This document shows positions 39,340 to 51,682 of a stretch of DNA of 64,000 nt, piece by piece (the stretch's first letter is position 1; the number at the start of each line of letters is the position of its first letter). The notes under the pieces were generated by a model. The model ran no database searches. It saw nothing but the letters and a program-made list of their open reading frames with translations, and had not been told where the DNA came from. The position numbers and the translations under genes are program-made. The DNA is from Octopus sinensis (taxonomy: Eukaryota): NCBI RefSeq assembly GCF_006345805.1, contig NC_042998.1, positions 81,902,001-81,966,000 on the forward strand, read 5' to 3'.

Positions 39340-40100
39340 TATATATATATATTCCATTCCAACAATCCAACACACCTCCATCATCAGCTGCCCCACGTAT
39401 ATCACTATGGCTTTGACAACTGGACAGTATCATTCAATCCGGCATTGTCAACGGCATTAAAATATGCGTTGTTTCGGAACAAACATACTGTAGATATCAC
39501 CATATTCATTTAATCTTAATTCTAGGTAGGATTAAATACTAACATTATTAATTAAACTACAACTTAGAAACCACATTTACTTCATGTACAAAAACAGTAT
39601 CGGTAAATTAATAATTCAATAAGTAAACCTATAACTAACTCCTAAATTATTTAATTAAATAGCAACCTAACCCTTGACGTCCATACAAATAATATTCCCA
39701 CCAGTCTTCCATAGTTATTGATATAAAAGTGAAAGCTTTTATATCCTAATCTTTCCAAAACAAAACAAACTCCATTGGACTTAACTTAACTAATAATATA
39801 ACTAATTCTAAGTGAATTACATCATTTAACCCAAAAGTTAATAATTAAAACAATCCATACGCATAAAATATTCGTTACTTTTACATGCTTTAATGTTAAA
39901 CTTTTATCAGTAATTTAAAAGATAATATTAAAATATCCTTATTAAATATAGATAAGATCATAAACGTGACCGGAAGCAATTTAGAACCCAGAAGGAAATA
40001 ATTCACCGTCACTAAAAGTTACCAAACGGTGCAATGAGCACCAGTATTGCTAGAAATAGGAGTCACTGCCTCCTCGTATATATATATATATATATATATA

Positions 40101-40648
40101 CGAGGGTGAGTCAAAAAGTAACGCCATTTTGTTTAGGACAGGTATAATAATTACTAACACAAGAACATGTATCGTACATCAAAATGGAGCCGGTCCTGTG
40201 TGGATCACATCTCTACTTCTCAACATACTCACCGTTTCTCTCAACAGCAATGTTCCACCATGGAATGAGAGCATGTATTCGTGCCCCGTAAAATTCCGTT
40301 GACTTCTTTGAGCTACTTCTTCACTACGGTTTTCAATTTCCTCGTCACGGCAATAATTTTTGTCTCTCAAACCCTCTTTCATGGCGCCGAAGAGATGATA
40401 GTCTGAAGGCGCTAAATCTGGTGAATGCTGAGGTAGTGAAGAAGTGGTTTAAAGAACAGTCAACAGAATTTTACAGGACAGGGATACATGGTCTCATTCG
40501 AAGGTGGGCCATTGAGAGAAACGGTGACTATGTTGAGAAGTAGGGATGTGATCCACAGAAAACCAGCTTCATTTTGATGTATGATACATGGTCCTGTGCT
40601 GGTAATTATACCTGTCCTAAACAAAATGGCATTACTTTTTGACTCACC

Positions 40649-40652
<4 letters not shown>
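40101..40652. mobile_element. Fold-back mariner derivative made of two inverted 3' ends, inserted in (TA)n
   Basis: TA|CGAGGGTGAGTCAAAAAGTAACGCC ... GGCATTACTTTTTGACTCACCTTCA|TA. Left half encodes the minus-strand SPDLAPSDYHLFGAMKEGL transposase C-terminus; right half is the same 3' end on the plus strand. Confidence 0.85.
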
Positions 40653-40692
<40 letters not shown>

Positions 40693-40719
40693 ATATATTA
40701 TATATATATATATATATAT

Positions 40720-41458
40720 ACTAGCATTAAAGACCCGTCGTTGCCGGGTCATAGTGCTAGTGCATGTATATATGTGTATATATATATGTGTACATATTAC
40801 ATGTACATCTATATATATATACATCTACACATAAAATGCAAAATACAAAGTTCCATCTTGATATCGCTAGTGATAACAATACTCAAAATATATAACAGAC
40901 TGGAAATGTTAGCTCTTCCTTTTTCTCTACATTGTATACTTTATAGACAATAGTCTTTTCTTTAATTTAATTTTTTATTATCCATCTGGACTATTCCATT
41001 TCTGCATGCTAATTTTATTTTTAATTTATTCCCATTCATGTGAAACCACTTATTCAAGTTCAAGTCATTGATGCAATTTTATACCAATTGCTATTTTCAC
41101 TTTTTTTATGTTACTATTATATTATGCTTTAGTTTTATTTTAATTATTACTTACTACATATAATTCAATTGTTATCATTATTTTTATTGTTAAAGTGAAA
41201 GTATCTGACATAAAATAGAAAAATATTTTTGTTTCACTTTTAACACGTAATACTGAAATAGTGGAGAAGATATGATATTGCTATGGGCTCGCTCTAGGCA
41301 AGAAGTTGAACATTGTTTTGCCCATGAAACTACATGAACCCTAAGTAAGTCATGTGTAAAATTTGAATGGAATTGGTTGTGTAGTTCTCAAGTTTTAGGG
41401 ACATACACAGACAGACAGACACACACACACACATTCTCAGTTTTATATATATAAAGAT
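40720..41458 (+). mobile_element. Lep1/DINE-like non-autonomous Helitron-type element
   Basis: Begins ACTAGCATTAAAGACCCGTCGTTGCCGGGTC and ends (CAGA)n(CA)n-TTCTCAGTTTTATATATATAAAGAT. This end architecture is characteristic of Lep1/HINE-type elements. Confidence 0.55.
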
Positions 41459-41468
41459 ATATATATAT

Positions 41469-41522
<54 letters not shown>

Positions 41523-42716
41523 GTGTGTGTGTGTGTGTGTGTGTGTGTGAGTGTGTGTGTGAGTGTGTGTATGATTACCATGTGTGTGATAGCACAAGAA
41601 TGACAACTGTAGACATACTGCGGGATTCGATCTGAGAATACAGAGATAAAGTTTTGGGGTCAGTGCTTCACCAATTCTCGCATTTGATTGTTCTATGCAG
41701 GAAACAATAAATATGGCATAAAGGCAACGATCAATTCAAATGATCCCAGTAATTGATTGGTACAGTATTTTCGCAGCACTGAAAACTTAGAAGACAAAGT
41801 CAACCACGGAGAAATTCGAACTCATAATATAAGGGGAGGTAATTAGAAACTGCTAGACGTTTTTTCTTCTGCGTTCGAACTAATATGGCAACGATTAACT
41901 ACAAGGCTAAAGAAGACAGTTTCTAGTTTACTGATTAAACATGCAAGACATCCGTGTTTTGCAGATATTCATAAACGTCGCCTTTTGTTGAAGCTAAGGA
42001 CACTAATATCTACGTACCAAAGATAGCGCAAACGTATTAAATAAATCTGGAAGTACAGATATATAGATCTCACTGAACCGTTAGACTGACAATCCGTGCG
42101 CTATTTAATTGCTTCCTGAGGTCTGAGCTTGGTTTTTTTTAGATCTGCCACGAGTTTATGAAATGGCTTACTGCTCTAAACAGATACATTACTGTAAAAC
42201 AGATGGCTACTTTTGATTACAGTTATAAACTGAATTCAAATGAACAACTGAGTTAAAGCAGTCTCGTGTGTGAAAGATAGAAAATGAACAGCAGCGATTT
42301 ATAGATTTCAATATGTAAAGTTAAATTATTGATTTCATTGACAGCAAATGTATATACCTTCACTTTGTGTTATGCAATGAAGAACTAAGCTTTCCCATAT
42401 ATCACTGGCTTGTTTTTATAATCTGTATATTTTGTTCTAACTGAAAGCTTTCCTATGTTGAAGTACACATTCTTTATTAAATATAAAAATATAAAAACGT
42501 ATATTAAATTTAAATTTCTAACAGCAACATACATGTTTATTACTTTACTATGATGTAACCATACATAAGTCTACGACGACTAACGTCGGCGAGGAGAGAA
42601 ACAGGTAATGTAAAACACTAATGTTTACAGAATTTGATCTGTGTTCTCGAGAGGAACCAACTATATGTCTGTTTGAACGCGGCGATTGCGTTTATTGAAA
42701 TTCCCTAGCAAATATT

Positions 42717-43160
42717 CTTTTCTACTCTAGGCACAAGGCCCTGAAATTTTGAGGGTTTTTTTTGGGGGGGGGGGGCAGTCGATTAGATCAACCCCCAGTA
42801 CGCAACTGGTACTTAATTTATCGACTCCAAAAGAATGAAAGACAAAGTCGACCTCCGCGGAGTTTGAACTCAGAACGTAAAGACAAACGAAATACAGCTA
42901 AGCCTTTTGCCCAGCATGCTAACGTTTCTTATTTCTTTATTACCCACAAGAGGATAAACATAGAAGGGACAAACAAGGCCAGACAAGGGGATTATGTCGA
43001 TTACATCGACTCCAGTGCATAACTGGTACTTATTTAATCGACCCCGAAAGGATGAAAGCAAAGTCGACCTCGCCGGAATTTGAACACAGAATGTAGCGGC
43101 AGATAACATACCGCTAAGCATTTCGCCCGGCATGCTAACGATTCTGCCAGATCCCCGCCT
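42717..43160 (-). mobile_element. Family A SINE dimer (variant-tail copy joined to head-truncated copy) inside one 16-bp TSD
   Basis: TTCCCTAGCAAATATT at 42701-42716 and 43161-43176. Two SINE bodies lie between them. Confidence 0.85.
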
Positions 43161-43790
43161 TTCCCTAGCAAATATTGTATCCATACTGCATTTAATAGGT
43201 CATCAATATTTGCTATACTTAGTTTCACATTGCTCAGGTCAAAAATGTAAGCTCTACATGCTCATTTCTTCCAGAAATAGCAGGTAAAATCATAGTACAC
43301 ACCGACTTAAAACAGGACTTATTGGAGAGAGTGACCCTGAGATTTTTGTATATTGGGAGAAAATGAAGATGGCTCCAGTTTAGAGGACGTTGATGGTAAG
43401 ACTGAACAAAAATAAGCGATCTTGGGTTATACACTAACAGCCATTAAGTAGCTCGCATTTTATTATTATACTATTCTACGGTCGTATCATGATAAAGACA
43501 GGCTTAGTAAAATATTTAAAGCATACGCACAAACATACAGGTACATATACATATATATCACAAGACATCATAAACATATCTTTTAAATCCCCTACTACCT
43601 TGTTAGAACGATTATATATTATAGTCCATTATATCGCTTCAAAAATATAAATGGTCCCACAAGGAATACATTCGTTCATAGTTTTGATCGAGTCGATTTA
43701 CAAGAAATTGACCGTCTGTTCCTATGAATTTTTGAATAATTCAGAAATTAAACTCAACCTCAAGAGAAAACGCTGGCTTGTTGAATTCAT

Positions 43791-43859
<69 letters not shown>

Positions 43860-44517
43860 GTGTGTGTGTGTGTGTGTGTGTGCTTGCGTGCGTGTGTACG
43901 TGTGCATGCGTGTATGTGCGCGTGCATATGTAGATACAAACACATTAGAAAAGAAAAGGTTAGGTTCTTTTCCCTTAATTACATTACATCGCTATCTAGA
44001 AAACATCTCAAGTAATTCGAATTTTTATCACTGCAGAGGAGGTTATGGCATCTAAAATAAGTATCTCTAGTTGTATTTCATGGAAAAGTCTAGCAATAGT
44101 CTGGTTATAACGTCCATTCGCTAGCACACAACATAGAGTGAAGCATATAAGAACCACTGTTCTTAATCACCTTATTTTATGAACTGTGACCTAGCTTAGT
44201 TTCCTGAACACATTTCCAATGCCTATATTATCACCAGGAATTTTTTCACATTTCAACTTTTCACCGGCAATTACCCTACATCTCACCCTTTCTTCCTTCT
44301 TTTCCACTTTATCTGTAACCCGGTGCATTTGTATTACTTCTTCATCACGCTCTTCTCTGTTCCCTAACACGTTTTCAATTTTCTGTTTTAACTGACTGAT
44401 ATGTTAGCATTGGTTAGTGAAATTTGTAAAACCTATCAGATATTTTGCATATATTCTAAAAATTCGGATATGGAACTTCATCTGAGAGACTGTCAAATGT
44501 GTGTGTAGGTGTGTGTG

Positions 44518-44573
<56 letters not shown>

Positions 44574-44814
44574 TGTGTGTTATAGTGCAGATTTGTATGT
44601 CTTGTTTTATGCATGTCTTCTCATGCATATTCTTGCATATGTAGACATGCTCATATCTACTTAAATGATGAAATTCTGGAGATTTTTACAGTTCCAGTGA
44701 TGGATTGGATTTGTATTCTTCCAATTAGCTTTCTCTTTTGTTTCGAAAAGCCTAATTTCTCAAGATTGATATTAGGCAGTGTGTTACATATCCCAGTAAT
44801 TACATGTATAGTCC

Positions 44815-45510
44815 TGAACTAGTAATACGGATAGAGTAACTGCAGATTCCTCAATAGTTTAGCGCATGTTTTCACTTTGTTACTGATCTTCAGTTTTATG
44901 TTAACATGACCTGGGCAGTTTATTTCTACAATTGTACACTGTTTCTTTTCTCTGTCGTGCTTAGATTTTATTGATGCTTTCACTGCGAGATTCCACCACC
45001 CAATGCTGTGGGTTCTCATTTCTTGTCCTCGGGGTTATCCTTTCGATGGATCTCGTTATACAGTGTCCTAGCTACAACACCATGTCACATAGATAGATAA
45101 TAGCCTGATGACATTTTCAGATAACTCCCCATAATGTGGGCGATATCTTTAGTGTTACCTCCACAAAGTCTGCATCGTTTGTCATATTTTACTGCTTTTC
45201 CTACATCAGTGTCCCTTTTGCGCATCAGGTATTTGGTTGATATTTCCAAAGTAAGAGGTAGTAATCCGGTTGTTGGTCCATGATAGACTGCTTTGATGAT
45301 CAGTGTTACTATCATCACGTAGCTTTCTACTAATATATCCATGCATGATTTTCTGCTCATATACGCTCAACGTGCGAAAGTTTGTGTATGTATCTAAGGT
45401 TATCAGACAAGTAATGCTGCCAAAGGGGCTATCTTCCAAGTCTCATGATGTTATCAGCCTCATGTGTGCAAACCTGGTGAACCGATACACTTCGACACTC
45501 GGTAGTTAAA
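44815..45510 (-). mobile_element. RLE retrotransposon C-terminal remnant (R4/NeSL-like, distinct from the other copies)
   Basis: CRLCGGNTKDIAHIMGSY..*HDVVARTLY and TIVEINCPGHVNIKLKISNK..YAKLLRNLQLLYP-like segments. Confidence 0.65.
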
Positions 45511-45732
45511 AAATGTTGCTGAAGAGATATCATACAATATTCAAAGGCATTTTCGATCGATGTTAAACTTCTGCCGCTTTGTTTTCGCTTGAGGTAGTGA
45601 GCGGCCTATATCACTGTTGATATTGATCTTCCGAGTTTAAAAGGCTCGGATCTCATCAAGCGACCAATCAAACAGCCCAAATGCTGGTATGAGTACTGAC
45701 ATTGCAAACACATTATGGGCCACTGTTATATT

Positions 45733-45808
45733 GTATGTATGTATGTATGTATGTATGTATGTATGTATGTATGTATGTATGTATGTATGTATGTATGTAT
45801 GTATGTAT
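45733..45808. repeat. (ATGT)n microsatellite
   Basis: Directly visible. Confidence 0.95.
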
Positions 45809-46379
45809 GACTTCAGAGTCAACGGCCATCCAATAAATGTCTTAAGGATGTATGATGCGCGGGGACAGAGAAATAATCGGACTGAATAACCGATCGCGCG
45901 GTTAAACCATTGAGAGTTAAGGACTCCTTGCCTTTGTTAGGGCATCCTTCTAGGAGACGGTAACTCAGGTAACTGGGATAACTCGGACATAAAACCTGCG
46001 GCTCAGTGGTTACCGATGATGTTGACTTGTTCTTCTTTTCGAATTATGTTGCTTAGTGAGTGGGATTGACTCAGTTCACAGCCTTTCCTCACTATAAAAA
46101 ACATCTTCTTGCACAGGCATTGCACGATATGTGTGTATGTGTGTGTGTGCATCTGTGCATATGTGTATGTATGTAGTAATTTATAAATATATTTGCAAGG
46201 GAAAAGAATCTCCCTGTGTCAATAAACATAAATATACATACACACGAACTCACGCACATACAGGTAGAGATATATAGTTATATGTGTGTGCATAATTAGT
46301 AATGTATACAGAAGTCAGCATCAGAATATATCCGGTAATCTTCAAGTTTCATGGCATGTTCTGATATTATTCAATTCAT

Positions 46380-46928
46380 ACCCTTTATTTAATTAATTCC
46401 TATTTGGTTTTTAATTGCTAGCCACACATACTATTACGTGTTTAATATATTTTATTATATTAATATATCATTATAGTGTTTTCTTGTAATGATAATATAT
46501 ACTCTAACCGTTTGAATTTAGCGCTGTTTATCAGCAGTTTCCTATTCTCATTTACTATAACGAAGCAAACTATCTATTTAGCCCTGAGTTGTAGGTAGAT
46601 GCTTCTGAACAGAAACATAACCTTATTGATTAAATTTCAAAATAACGTGGTAAAGCATTATCCAGCTATTTCTTTTGTGAGTCTACTCACAAGGAATAGA
46701 TCGTTTTAGTTTGCTGTGCCCGGTTTCCGTTAACGTAATCGAGAGGTTAGTGTATTTTTGTGACTCTCAGAGCTAATTTTCTGACTTTCTCTTTTAGCAA
46801 TGGCTGGTACCATTTTGCACCCTTTATTTCTTAATTTCTTTTTAGTTTTTAATTGCTAGCCACACATACTATAATGTGTTCAGTATTTATCTTAATATAT
46901 TAATATATCACTGTGGTAGCTTCTTGTA
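46380..46928. repeat. Diverged direct repeat of about 110 bp (46380-46490 and 46820-46928)
   Basis: Shared TTTTTAATTGCTAGCCACACATACTAT and ATATTAATATATCA blocks. Confidence 0.8.
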
Positions 46929-46981
<53 letters not shown>

Positions 46982-47516
46982 GCATGTATATAAACTTAGA
47001 CTTAGATAAACTTAGATATGTTCTGACCAAGGATTGGTCCCGGCCATGTCTAACTTAATCGCACCACCTGATAGGTTATTCTAAATCCTTTTTAAGTCAA
47101 GTTTTGTAGTATCATCGTCCATTCGAGTAGGAAGTTGTTATTGAGTGACTTGTACACATGTATAGGTGGCTTATCTGGTAATCCTTGAAGAAATTTGACC
47201 TGATTCAGTTTTAAAATAATGGGATCCTTTTCCTCTTTGATCTGTTTCGGGACAATGTGAAATAGGGCATGGCTTGTTGAGGAAAAGAAATTGTCTTGCA
47301 GTGCATTTGTGTTGCGATCTTGAATCTAGTAGAGGATGTAAGGCCCGTGATCCTAGCCTTGGATGAATTTTGAGGTCGTTTGGGCAATCCTGGTTGTATA
47401 TTCTCCACATCGTGCAAATGATGTATTGCATACGGCGGCGATGACGAGAATAGTGTCTCAATGTTTTAAGGTAGAGTAATATGCTTTATTTAAAGCAGCA
47501 GAAAATTCAACAAAAT

Positions 47517-47554
47517 CTGTTGCTCTGAGTTTCTCGTTGCCGTTCATCAGACAG
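47517..47554 (-). ncRNA. Degenerate minimal type I hammerhead motif (probably inactive)
   Basis: cugu CUGAUGA acg-gcaa-cga GAAAC ucaga GCA acag. Helix I pairs, but the triplet reads GCA rather than GUH and the helix II closing pair is A-A. Confidence 0.4.
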
Positions 47555-47560
47555 TTTTTG

Positions 47561-47561
<1 letters not shown>

Positions 47562-47628
<67 letters not shown>

Positions 47629-47750
47629 ATATATGTATGTATGTATATGTATATATGTATTATATATATATATATATATATGTGTGTATGTGTATATATA
47701 TATATGTGTGTATGTGTATATATGTATATATATAAGTGTGTGTGTGTATA

Positions 47751-47828
<78 letters not shown>

Positions 47829-47870
47829 CGTATGTATATATGTATATGTATGTATGCATATGTATATGTG
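47562..47870. repeat. Interrupted (TA)n/(TG)n microsatellite
   Basis: Directly visible. Confidence 0.95.
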
Positions 47871-47911
47871 AAAATCAAACACATTTCTGGTGCAAGCACT
47901 ATTCTTCTCTT

Positions 47912-47997
47912 TTCCCTGATGATGGCAGCATTCCTTCGAAGTGAAAAGTAAGATTCACATGTACTCTCGGAATAAACCACTGAAACGATCGTAGGAA
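47912..47997 (+). ncRNA. Type I hammerhead motif with about 59-nt helix II insert
   Basis: UUCC CUGAUGA [47923-47981] GAAAC GAUC GUA GGAA. Helix I is UUCC/GGAA and helix III is the palindrome ACGAUCGU. The insert has UGG/CCA, AUUCC/GGAAU and GUGAA/UUCAC pairings, but the closing pair is mismatched. Confidence 0.55.
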
Positions 47998-49273
47998 TAC
48001 GTCTTTTCATTTAAATATGGTACTACACTACACTGTATTCCATAATTTTAAAACGAAATGTCTTTATATATATATTTTATTATGCTCATCTATAGTTTTA
48101 TCTATACTCCATTATATTTATATACATATATATAAATTTGTCCCTGCATATTTTTAACATTCATTTATATATATTTATAACACTATATTTTGTATGTATT
48201 AGTATATGTTTACGACAATTCTTTTTATTATGTATGCACCAATCGTAGTCTGCCTGAGTTGAACTTCTTGTATCTCTTGAACTTGTCTTGCGTGTCCGGT
48301 TTCACTCAAGCACCTCCATGCTTTCTATGATTTCCTAAAGAAAATTTATAATTGTATATATATATGTGTGTGTGTGTATGTGTGTGTATGTGTGTGTATG
48401 TATGTATATATATATATATATGCATATATATATACATATATATGTGTATATATATATTATATATATATATATATATATACGTATATAATATGTGTATGTA
48501 TACGTACAATCATACACCTGCATTTCCCGATTTCGCCGTAAGTCTTTGGGATAGTGCATATTTGCAGTATCATATGGTTTTATCTGATATCAATAATATA
48601 AGAAAGCAGAATTGTATTGTACATTTTGAACGGCTAATAAGTGTAAGCCTACAGGTCATGTTTAAAGTATTGTTATGCAACCTTTTCATCTATATGCAAC
48701 ATGAGATCAATCTTTTACGAAAAGAGCACCAACCATCAAATCAAATTTCTTTCGCTGGTAACATCATATGGCTATCGACCTACTCATTTAACGTTCAACG
48801 TTACAGAATTATATTCCCGTCGATTAATATCGTTCAAAGGGATGATGTTATCGATAATTTTGTTGAAATGCATTTGATACTTTTTGATGTTTTTCATAAT
48901 ATTGATTCGATATATATATATATGTGTATTTCCATTTAGTTTTCTTTGAAGTTGTAACTTAAAAATATTGCTACAAATATTGTTATTATTATTTAGTTAA
49001 CATATTTTTTTCTGTTTATGCTTTTACTTATTTAAAAAGAAATGATATTTTAGGTATCATGAAAGCTAATTACTTTCTAGTACATTTCTAATCTTCTAAC
49101 CTGCGTTTAGAGCAATATGCAGAAACAAATTGTATGCAGAAACATATATTGTATGTATGCATGCATGCATGTATGTATATATGTATGTATGTATGTATGT
49201 ATATATGCGTGTATGTATGCATGCATGCATGTAGGTATGTATGCATGGATATATATATATATATATATTTAAA

Positions 49274-49348
<75 letters not shown>

Positions 49349-49734
49349 ACAATGTCAGCAACAACTTCCACGATGGCAATACCGTGGGCGAACACATGCA
49401 CAGAGAAATACAGGAACTATACCGTAGATTCTTTAGGGTCTTAGGACAGCAGCAGTACAATGGTGTGAGAGGATGGGGCTGAGGGAAAGGCCATACTACT
49501 GCTAAAAATTTTCACACACAGACACACAAACAAACAAGGACACAAACGCATGCGCACAGAAGGACACACATCTTAGAAGAACAGAATGGAGTAAGTAGAG
49601 GAAGAACACACACAAAAATGCAAAATTCGCTGAAGTGGCCACAGATGAGTGACAAAATTTTTTCCGGACAATGGATATGAGTTAAAATATATAGACTGCG
49701 TGTGTTTATTTGGCAAAAAGAATGACCATCAACA

Positions 49735-49804
<70 letters not shown>

Positions 49805-49807
<3 letters not shown>

Positions 49808-50205
49808 CGCAGGAGTGGCTGTGTGGTAAGTAGCTTGTTTACCAACCACATTGTTCTGGGTTCAGTCCCACTGCGTGGTACCTTGGGCAAGAGTCTTCTC
49901 CTATAGCCTCGGGCCGATCACTTGTCAGTGGATTTGGTAGACGGAAACTGAAAGAAGCACGTCGTATATATGTATATATATATGTTTGTGGGTGTGTGTT
50001 TGTGTGTCTGTATTTGACCCCCTACCATTGCTTGACAACCGATGCTGGTGTGTTTATGTCCCCGTCACTTAGCGGTTCGGCAAAAAGAGACCGATAGGAT
50101 AAGTACTGGGCTTACAAAGAATAAGTCCAGGGGTCGTGTTGCTCGATTAAAAGGCGGTGCTCCAGCATGGCTGCAGTCAAATGACTGAAACAAGTAAAAA
50201 GAGTG
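49805..50205 (+). mobile_element. tRNA-derived CORE-type SINE, family C, full length
   Basis: Head GGAGTGGCTGTGTGGTAAG...GGTTCAGTCCCA, CORE-like ACCTTGGGCAAG, internal (TA/TG) run, tail GACTGAAACAAGTAAAA. Confidence 0.85.
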
Positions 50206-50249
50206 AGTAAAAAAAGATATATATAAAGATATATATAAAACAATACATT

Positions 50250-50300
<51 letters not shown>

Positions 50301-50410
50301 GGTATGCATATTATGCACATATATATAACAATAGGTCCATACGTATGTATACCTATATAATATGCTGATTAAAATATGTATATATACATGTACATGTATA
50401 TTTTTGCATG

Positions 50411-50530
50411 TAGGCGTAGGTGTGGCTGTGTGTGGTAAGAATTGTTCTTCTCATCCACGCTTTTTCGGGTTCAATCCCACTGCATGGAAACTGGGTCAAG
50501 TGTTTTGTACTATAGCTCTGAGTCAACCAA
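50411..50530 (+). mobile_element. Family C SINE head fragment
   Basis: AGGCGTAGGTGTGGCTGTGTGTGGTAAG...GGGTTCAATCCCACTGC. Confidence 0.7.
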
Positions 50531-50597
50531 GTTCATCGAATATAAATACCTATATACACCAGTGGGTGTATGTGGATGTCTTACGTGATTCAAAGTT

Positions 50598-50642
<45 letters not shown>

Positions 50643-50722
50643 TATAATATGAATAATATATATATATTTGTTTATATGCATATATAGATATATGTACATA
50701 CCTACATATATATGTATATTAA

Positions 50723-51057
50723 CATGCATATAGGGGTACAGGATGTCCAAAAACTTGAACAAAATGAAAAACTAGAGCATAATAAGACAAAAATATGGAA
50801 AACGAACTTTTTTCGAACAGCGAAAGAAACAAACAGAGAAAAAGGGCATGCAACATCCCAACGTTCGAAATGCGGAGTAAACACAACAGGGGGCAACTGA
50901 TGAAAGGATTGTTCTTTATACTGGCTGTCTCATTTCTCTATTTGTTTCTTTCGTTGTTCGTAAATATGTTAGTTTTCCATGTTTTTTTTCCATACTTTTT
51001 GTTATCGTTTTTCAATTTGTTCATGTTTTTTCGAAGTCCTGTACCCATATATGCATG
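50723..51057. repeat. Imperfect head-to-head inverted duplication (about 120-bp arms), Penelope-terminus-like
   Basis: CATGCATATAGGGGTACAGGA...GAAAGAAACAAACAGAGAAA versus TTTCTCTATTTGTTTCTTTC...TCCTGTACCCATATATGCATG. Confidence 0.8.
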
Positions 51058-51433
51058 TATATATACATATATATGTAGGTATCTACATAAATCATATATG
51101 TATGCATATATATATATATATTAGAAAAATTGAGGTAATCAGATCAGATATATAGAAGCATATATATATATATTATTTATATTATTATATGATCGACCAT
51201 CACGCATCTATTTCCACGCATATATATATATATAAATAATAATAAATATTAGGGAATAAATCCAAATTTACAAGGAAAAATCAGATTTAAGATTGAATCC
51301 AATTTTATAATAAAATATTATATTATAATAAATTAGAGACAAAACCACTATTATGCAAATCAAACAAAGAAAGACTTAAGCCAATACATAAAATATAAAA
51401 TAATTTATATAAATTAAAATTTAACAAATGAAT

Positions 51434-51485
51434 AACCACTACGATCGTTTCGTGTCAGCACATCTTAGACATTCTTCAGGTGGTT
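51434..51485 (-). ncRNA. Minimal type I hammerhead ribozyme, core intact
   Basis: AACCAC CUGAAGA a-UGUC-uaagaugugcu-GACA-c GAAAC GAUC GUA GUGGUU. 6-bp helix I, palindromic helix III, GUA triplet. Confidence 0.75.
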
Positions 51486-51526
51486 TCTAAACCTTCTTAG
51501 CGAGTTTATAACTAAGAAGGTTTAGA

Positions 51527-51578
51527 AACCACATGAAGAATGTCTAAGATGTGCTGACACGAAACGATGGTAGTGGTT
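51527..51578 (+). ncRNA. Mirror hammerhead copy with core mutations
   Basis: AUGAAGA instead of CUGAAGA, and ACGAUGGU instead of ACGAUCGU. Confidence 0.55.
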
Positions 51579-51682
51579 ATTCATTTGTTAAATTTTAATT
51601 TATATATATTATTTTATATTTTATGTATTGGCTTAAGTCTTTCTTTGTTTGATTTGCATAATAGTGGTTTTGTCTCTAATTT

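Noticed and set aside
48352-48939. 195-aa plus-strand ORF
   Set aside because: The first quarter is microsatellite and the rest has no recognisable motif. No supporting splice structure beyond one GTAAGT.
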